A program made the translations under genes and the position numbers. This document shows, one piece after another, positions 60,513 to 64,000 of a stretch of 64,000 bases of DNA (within the stretch, counting starts at the first letter, position 1; the number at the start of each line of letters is the position of its first letter). The DNA is taken from contig JAKAHD010000001.1 of the NCBI GenBank assembly GCA_021815205.1, forward strand, positions 89,247-153,246. Direction: 5' to 3'. This stretch comes from a bacterium. GTDB lineage: Bacteria > Patescibacteriota > Minisyncoccia > UBA6257 > GWB1-50-10. The notes beneath the pieces were generated by a model, which searched no databases, had not been told where the DNA came from, and saw nothing but the letters and a program-made list of their open reading frames with translations.

Positions 60513-62501
60513 TCATTTAATACCAAACTCCCGTAAAAATGCCTCGTTCGACGGTTCACGGCCGAGGAAATTTTTGATGAGATTTATCGCTTCCTCGCTT
60601 GATCCTTTCTCGAGCACTTTGTTCCTGTAATCCATTCCGATCGTTCCGCTCAGTATACCCTCGCTCCTGAACCGTGTGAACATGTCGGCGGCGTACACCT
60701 TTGACCACATATAGCCGTAGTAGCCGGCGTCGTATCCCACGAGATGCCCGAACCCCGCCGGAAAAATTGCGTCGTCGGGAAGCGTGACGCCGAGATACCG
60801 CGCGAAGATCTCGTTATATAACGCCGCGGGGTCATCGTGCTCGGTATGCTCCATATGCAGGCGCAGATCGAATATGCCGAATACAAGCTGGCGCATTGTG
60901 ATATACCCTTCCATGTAGTGCTCGGTTTTTTTCAGGTTCTCAATCATGGCGTCCGAGAGTGCTTCGCCGGTTTTATAGTGGCGCGAGAGCATACGGAGCA
61001 CTTCCGCATCCCATCCCCAGTATTCGAACATCTGGGACGGCGCCTCGACGAAGTCGCGTTCGACCCGCGTGCCCGATTGCGATCCGTACGTTGCCGCAGT
61101 CAACGAGTGGTGCATCACATGGCCGAACTCGTGGAAGAAGGTGAGTACTTCGTTGTGATCCAAGAGTGAAGGGTTTTCTTCCGTGGGCTTGTTGAAGTTT
61201 GCGACCATGACGCAGAGTGGCGCGACATACCCCTCCCCTTCTTCAGGAAGCGTTTTTCTTCCATGAATGATCGGAAACATTGCGGCATGTCCGTATTTTC
61301 CCTCGCGTGGATAGAGGTCGAGAATAAACTGCGCAATACAATCTCCTCCCGCATCTTCGACGCGGTAAAGTTCCGCATCCTCGTGCCACAAAGGATATCC
61401 CTCACCCCGCACGAAGCGTACCGAAAAAAGTGTTTCATAGCTTCTGAATACGGCATCTTTGACCGACGCGAATGGGAAATACTCCCGCATTTTTTCTTTA
61501 TCGATCTTCATGGAACTCTTCCGTAATTGGTTCAGGTAGTACGGAATGTCATAGTATGCGAGCGCCTCCGTATTTGAGCCGAGTATCCTCCGTTTTTCTT
61601 CAGCAAGCGCGTGGAGATCTCTCCTCACGAGCGGAGCGATTTTCTCCGCGAGTGAGTTGAGGAATTCTTTTGCGGTCTTCGCGTGTTTTGCCATCCGTGT
61701 CTCGATCCTGAAGTCCGCGTGGTTCGCGTACCCGAGAAGTTCCGCGTTGCGTTTCCTGTACCAGAGTATTTTTTTGAGTATCGCGATGTTTTTTACCCCG
61801 CCCTTCTTGAGATTTTTATCAAAGAGCTCTTTGCGTTTCGCGGCATGCGCCGCGTTCTCGACGAACGGGAAGTAATCGGGATACTTGAGCGTCACGATAT
61901 AGTTTTTTTTGTCGTCCCGCGCAAGCCCCTTCAAGTACTGTTCCGGTAGTCCCTCGGTCTCTTCGGGCGCGACGAGGATGGCATCGTTATACTCGTTAAT
62001 ATTCTTAAGGAATTGCGTCTCGAGTCCGGTGAGCTCCTTGTAGTTTTCCTTGAGTTCCTTTCGTTTCGCTTCGTCGAGTTCGAATCCCATGCGTTTCATA
62101 TCGCGGAGCATGTCATCGAAGAGCTTCTTATCTGCTCCCTCGAGAACCCGCTTTCTCGCGGCATACGCCTTGAGCGCCTCATAGATCTTTTCGTCGTACT
62201 CAATATCAATCATCGTTTTCTGGATATCTTCGATCGCGACGCGCGCCGCATCCCGCACCTTCGGGTCGGGGCTCACATTCATGAGCACGTCGATGGCATT
62301 TATAACTCTCTCATTTTTGTAGTCGGAGGATTCGATCGCGAATACGGTATTCTCGAACGTTCTTTCGGACTCCGGGATTTCTTTGATTGCTTCGTAGCAC
62401 CCGCGTTTCTCCGCGAGAATGTCCGCGGGCATTTTTGTGATGGTCGCGGCGTCCCACCGCGTCCAGCGGAAATCTTCGGGAGTGTATTCCGTTCTTTTCA
62501 T
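60513..62501 (-). CDS. pepF: M3-family oligoendopeptidase (PepF-like)
   Basis: 662 aa, zinc motif HEFGHVMHH with downstream Glu, M3 overall length. Confidence 0.8.
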   Translation of the reverse strand: MKRTEYTPEDFRWTRWDAATITKMPADILAEKRGCYEAIKEIPESERTFENTVFAIESSDYKNERVINAIDVLMNVSPDPKVRDAARVAIEDIQKTMIDIEYDEKIYEALKAYAARKRVLEGADKKLFDDMLRDMKRMGFELDEAKRKELKENYKELTGLETQFLKNINEYNDAILVAPEETEGLPEQYLKGLARDDKKNYIVTLKYPDYFPFVENAAHAAKRKELFDKNLKKGGVKNIAILKKILWYRKRNAELLGYANHADFRIETRMAKHAKTAKEFLNSLAEKIAPLVRRDLHALAEEKRRILGSNTEALAYYDIPYYLNQLRKSSMKIDKEKMREYFPFASVKDAVFRSYETLFSVRFVRGEGYPLWHEDAELYRVEDAGGDCIAQFILDLYPREGKYGHAAMFPIIHGRKTLPEEGEGYVAPLCVMVANFNKPTEENPSLLDHNEVLTFFHEFGHVMHHSLTAATYGSQSGTRVERDFVEAPSQMFEYWGWDAEVLRMLSRHYKTGEALSDAMIENLKKTEHYMEGYITMRQLVFGIFDLRLHMEHTEHDDPAALYNEIFARYLGVTLPDDAIFPAGFGHLVGYDAGYYGYMWSKVYAADMFTRFRSEGILSGTIGMDYRNKVLEKGSSEEAINLIKNFLGREPSNEAFLREFGIK

Positions 62502-62526
62502 TGTTCTTATTTTAGCGCACTATGCC

Positions 62527-63084
62527 CTACGGAAGCACGTTCGTTTCCTCAAGTTGGTGCGCAAGGATCGTGTCATGTTCGCCGAAAAGGAACCTCCCCT
62601 TGAATCTTTTCCCCGCAAGAAAAAGCGGAAGCCAATGAATGTCGTCGGGCCACATCGTGTCATAGGGGATTTCATCAACGGAAAACCATTGAGGTTTCAT
62701 CTCCTCGCTCTCTTCCGGAGTTCCGGTAAAACCGCGTACTTGAAAGACGTGAACCTCGAGTATTCCCGCATTCTTCTGCCCGCTTTGGGGGGAGAATTCA
62801 AATTCGATCACCCCCCTCTTCTCGATGTCGTGGGCGGTAATACCGGTCTCTTCGAATATTTCTCTTTTTGCCGCGCTCTCGATCGTTTCTCCTTCTTTGA
62901 GTTTTCCGCCGAATCCGTTCCATCGTCCCGCGCCGAAGCCGCGTTTCTTCATTCCGAGGAGAATGCGCGGAGGATCATAAATAATACAAAGCGTGAGCGG
63001 TCTTTTTATCGGCATATTTGTGTAGCATGTGTTCTCATTCGTGACATCTGCGTTATTTAAAGAAGGTCTTGAATACCCTATCAA
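62527..63084 (-). CDS. NUDIX hydrolase
   Basis: GFGGKLKEGETIESAAKREIFEETGI Nudix box. Confidence 0.7.
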   Translation of the reverse strand: MIGYSRPSLNNADVTNENTCYTNMPIKRPLTLCIIYDPPRILLGMKKRGFGAGRWNGFGGKLKEGETIESAAKREIFEETGITAHDIEKRGVIEFEFSPQSGQKNAGILEVHVFQVRGFTGTPEESEEMKPQWFSVDEIPYDTMWPDDIHWLPLFLAGKRFKGRFLFGEHDTILAHQLEETNVLP

Positions 63085-63523
63085 ATCCAGGCAAGAGCTT
63101 CAATCTTTTCACTTCCTTCGGGGTGGTCCATATATATTTTTTCGCTTCCCAGTCGAGCTTTATCTTGTCCGTAGTTATGGTGACCATGACAGGATGTACG
63201 ACCCATGTCTTTTTATATTTCGGTTCTTCCTGGTCGAATGGCGCACCGCGTACTATTGTTTTTACTTTATTCCTCGGAACGCTGAGTTCTTCTCTTAATT
63301 CTTCGTATACCTTTTCCTCGAGGCTCTTTGCGTCATCCAGAAATCCCGAAATGCCGTTCCAGCATTCCGGATAGAAGTGCAAATTTTCATTCCTCCAGAC
63401 GAGAAGTATTTTGCCCTTGTATTTCACTATGGAATTCACAACCGGCGTCCAGCGGATATTCCGGTAATCCGCTTGCCCCGGCTTCGGCTTGAATTTCGGC
63501 TCCTTAAATTTTTTTTGTTCCAT
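63053..63523 (-). CDS. NUDIX-like hydrolase
   Basis: GFLDDAKSLEEKVYEELREELSV degenerate Nudix box. 156 aa. Confidence 0.5.
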   Translation of the reverse strand: MEQKKFKEPKFKPKPGQADYRNIRWTPVVNSIVKYKGKILLVWRNENLHFYPECWNGISGFLDDAKSLEEKVYEELREELSVPRNKVKTIVRGAPFDQEEPKYKKTWVVHPVMVTITTDKIKLDWEAKKYIWTTPKEVKRLKLLPGFDRVFKTFFK

Positions 63524-63689
63524 GTTTATACTTATTCAAACTTCCGCACCATGAGCAATACCATGCGCGTTTCGTTTTCGGTGCGTCGCCCACCGTCCAC
63601 CACTTGCCGCACTTCCCGCAATTGAAATGATGTAGCAGTTCGATGAACCTACGCCCGCTTTTTGATTTTTGTGTTTTTGCGGTTTGCAT
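63504..63689 (-). CDS. small zinc-ribbon protein (tentative)
   Basis: MQTAKTQKSKSGRRFIELLHHFNCGKCGKWW...YCSWCGS has two CxxC pairs. Overlaps both neighbours, start uncertain. Confidence 0.25.
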   Translation of the reverse strand: MQTAKTQKSKSGRRFIELLHHFNCGKCGKWWTVGDAPKTKRAWYCSWCGSLNKYKHGTKKI

Positions 63690-63987
63690 GATGCGCGTAC
63701 GCGGCGAGAAGCCACGAGCTTGATTGGACCTTTCCGCCTTTCCCCACATTGAAGATTATCTGAATGCCGAGCTTCTTGCATGTCTGTATGTCTTTATAGA
63801 GAGAAGATTTTGGATCGGCGGCATCTTTCTCATCTCTATCACCCCCATTCGCGAAAAGAGTGGGTCGAAGTTTCAGGAGATCCCTGGAGACGCTCATATC
63901 TTTCGGGTTTTTCGAATGGGACGAAATTATCACCTTATCGACACCCCCGATTGCCTCAATGAGTTCCTTTCGTTCCTTGTCGGGCAT
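63649..63987 (-). CDS. nucleotidyltransferase (cytidylyl/adenylyltransferase)-like protein, C-terminal part; N-terminus probably outside window
   Basis: C-terminal region ...LKLRPTLFANGGDRDEKD...IIFNVGKGG resembles the end of the cytidylyltransferase fold. ORF abuts window edge. Confidence 0.35.
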   Translation of the reverse strand: MPDKERKELIEAIGGVDKVIISSHSKNPKDMSVSRDLLKLRPTLFANGGDRDEKDAADPKSSLYKDIQTCKKLGIQIIFNVGKGGKVQSSSWLLAAYAHHANRKNTKIKKRA

Positions 63988-64000
63988 GAAGATGATTCCC

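Overview
This 64 kb window looks like a small-genome bacterium, possibly a Patescibacteria/CPR-like lineage; that placement is an inference from gene content and style only. Coding regions are GC-rich and tightly packed, and intergenic DNA is AT-rich with 'aaatttcaaattt' tracts.

Gene content:
- 1-16.4 kb: a rearranged cell-wall/division cluster (DD-carboxypeptidase fragment, mraY, a degenerate amidohydrolase in the usual murD position, ftsW, murG, gltX, murC). It is followed by a RecB/Cas4-like PD-(D/E)XK nuclease, rpmA, rplI, ctp, def and fmt.
- 16.4-19 kb: a NUDIX hydrolase, a membrane protein, a SAM-dependent methyltransferase and an SDR reductase.
- 19.1-28.3 kb: a metal (probably copper) homeostasis island made of two tightly packed minus-strand operons, described below.
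- 28.8-30.8 kb: a secreted protein with six Cys4-His repeats and a Met/Gln/Pro-rich tail.
- 31.4-39 kb: uvrC, a patatin-like phospholipase, uvrA and uvrB.
- 39-51 kb: a 1177-aa two-TM orphan protein, several small secreted proteins, and a 510-aa repeat protein with a C-terminal peptidoglycan-binding domain. Then a histidine kinase, an OmpR-type response regulator and dedA. Then a second copy of the novel Cys-rich module, here fused into one 605-aa protein.
- 51.3-64 kb: tRNA-Gly, an FtsB-like gene, lepA, a DUF4012-like protein, two GT4 glycosyltransferases, a sugar-phosphate transferase, rsmI, pepF, two NUDIX genes and a partial cytidylyltransferase.

The metal island contains a P1B ATPase with a CPD motif in place of CPC, a small zinc-ribbon protein, membrane proteins, a DoxX-like protein, a YHS protein and a DUF2933-like protein. 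It also has a CsoR/RcnR-family repressor carrying an H-C-H-H fingerprint. The second operon encodes a novel 'PCCNNST(Y/F)F-DCNHG...GCGV' domain protein, a CxxxC thioredoxin-fold protein and a DsbD/CcdA-like protein. The island ends at tRNA-Gln, whose 3' end plus flank is directly duplicated 160 bp away (att-like).

lepA carries an in-frame insertion of about 474 bp. The insertion encodes a GxxExxY (PD-(D/E)XK, 23S-IVS-protein-like) domain and is bounded by 'cgcggaat'/'attccgcg' inverted repeats and a hairpin.

Several intergenic repeat families occur:
- A 24-bp 'TTATGACGCGTCATAA' palindrome element (two copies).
- A MITE-like 'aaatcctaaa...tttaggattt' element (two copies).
- A hairpin-rich 'ctacgaaatacgaat...tacgaatatacgaaaa' leader placed 8-10 nt upstream of three unrelated start codons.

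The strongest candidates for undescribed biology are the duplicated zinc-ribbon/membrane/PCCNNST-domain module in metal-resistance context, the Cys4His-repeat Met-rich secreted protein, and the lepA domain insertion.

The ORF track uses TTG/GTG alternative starts, so several starts below are my reinterpretations. All calls are from sequence inspection without database searches.
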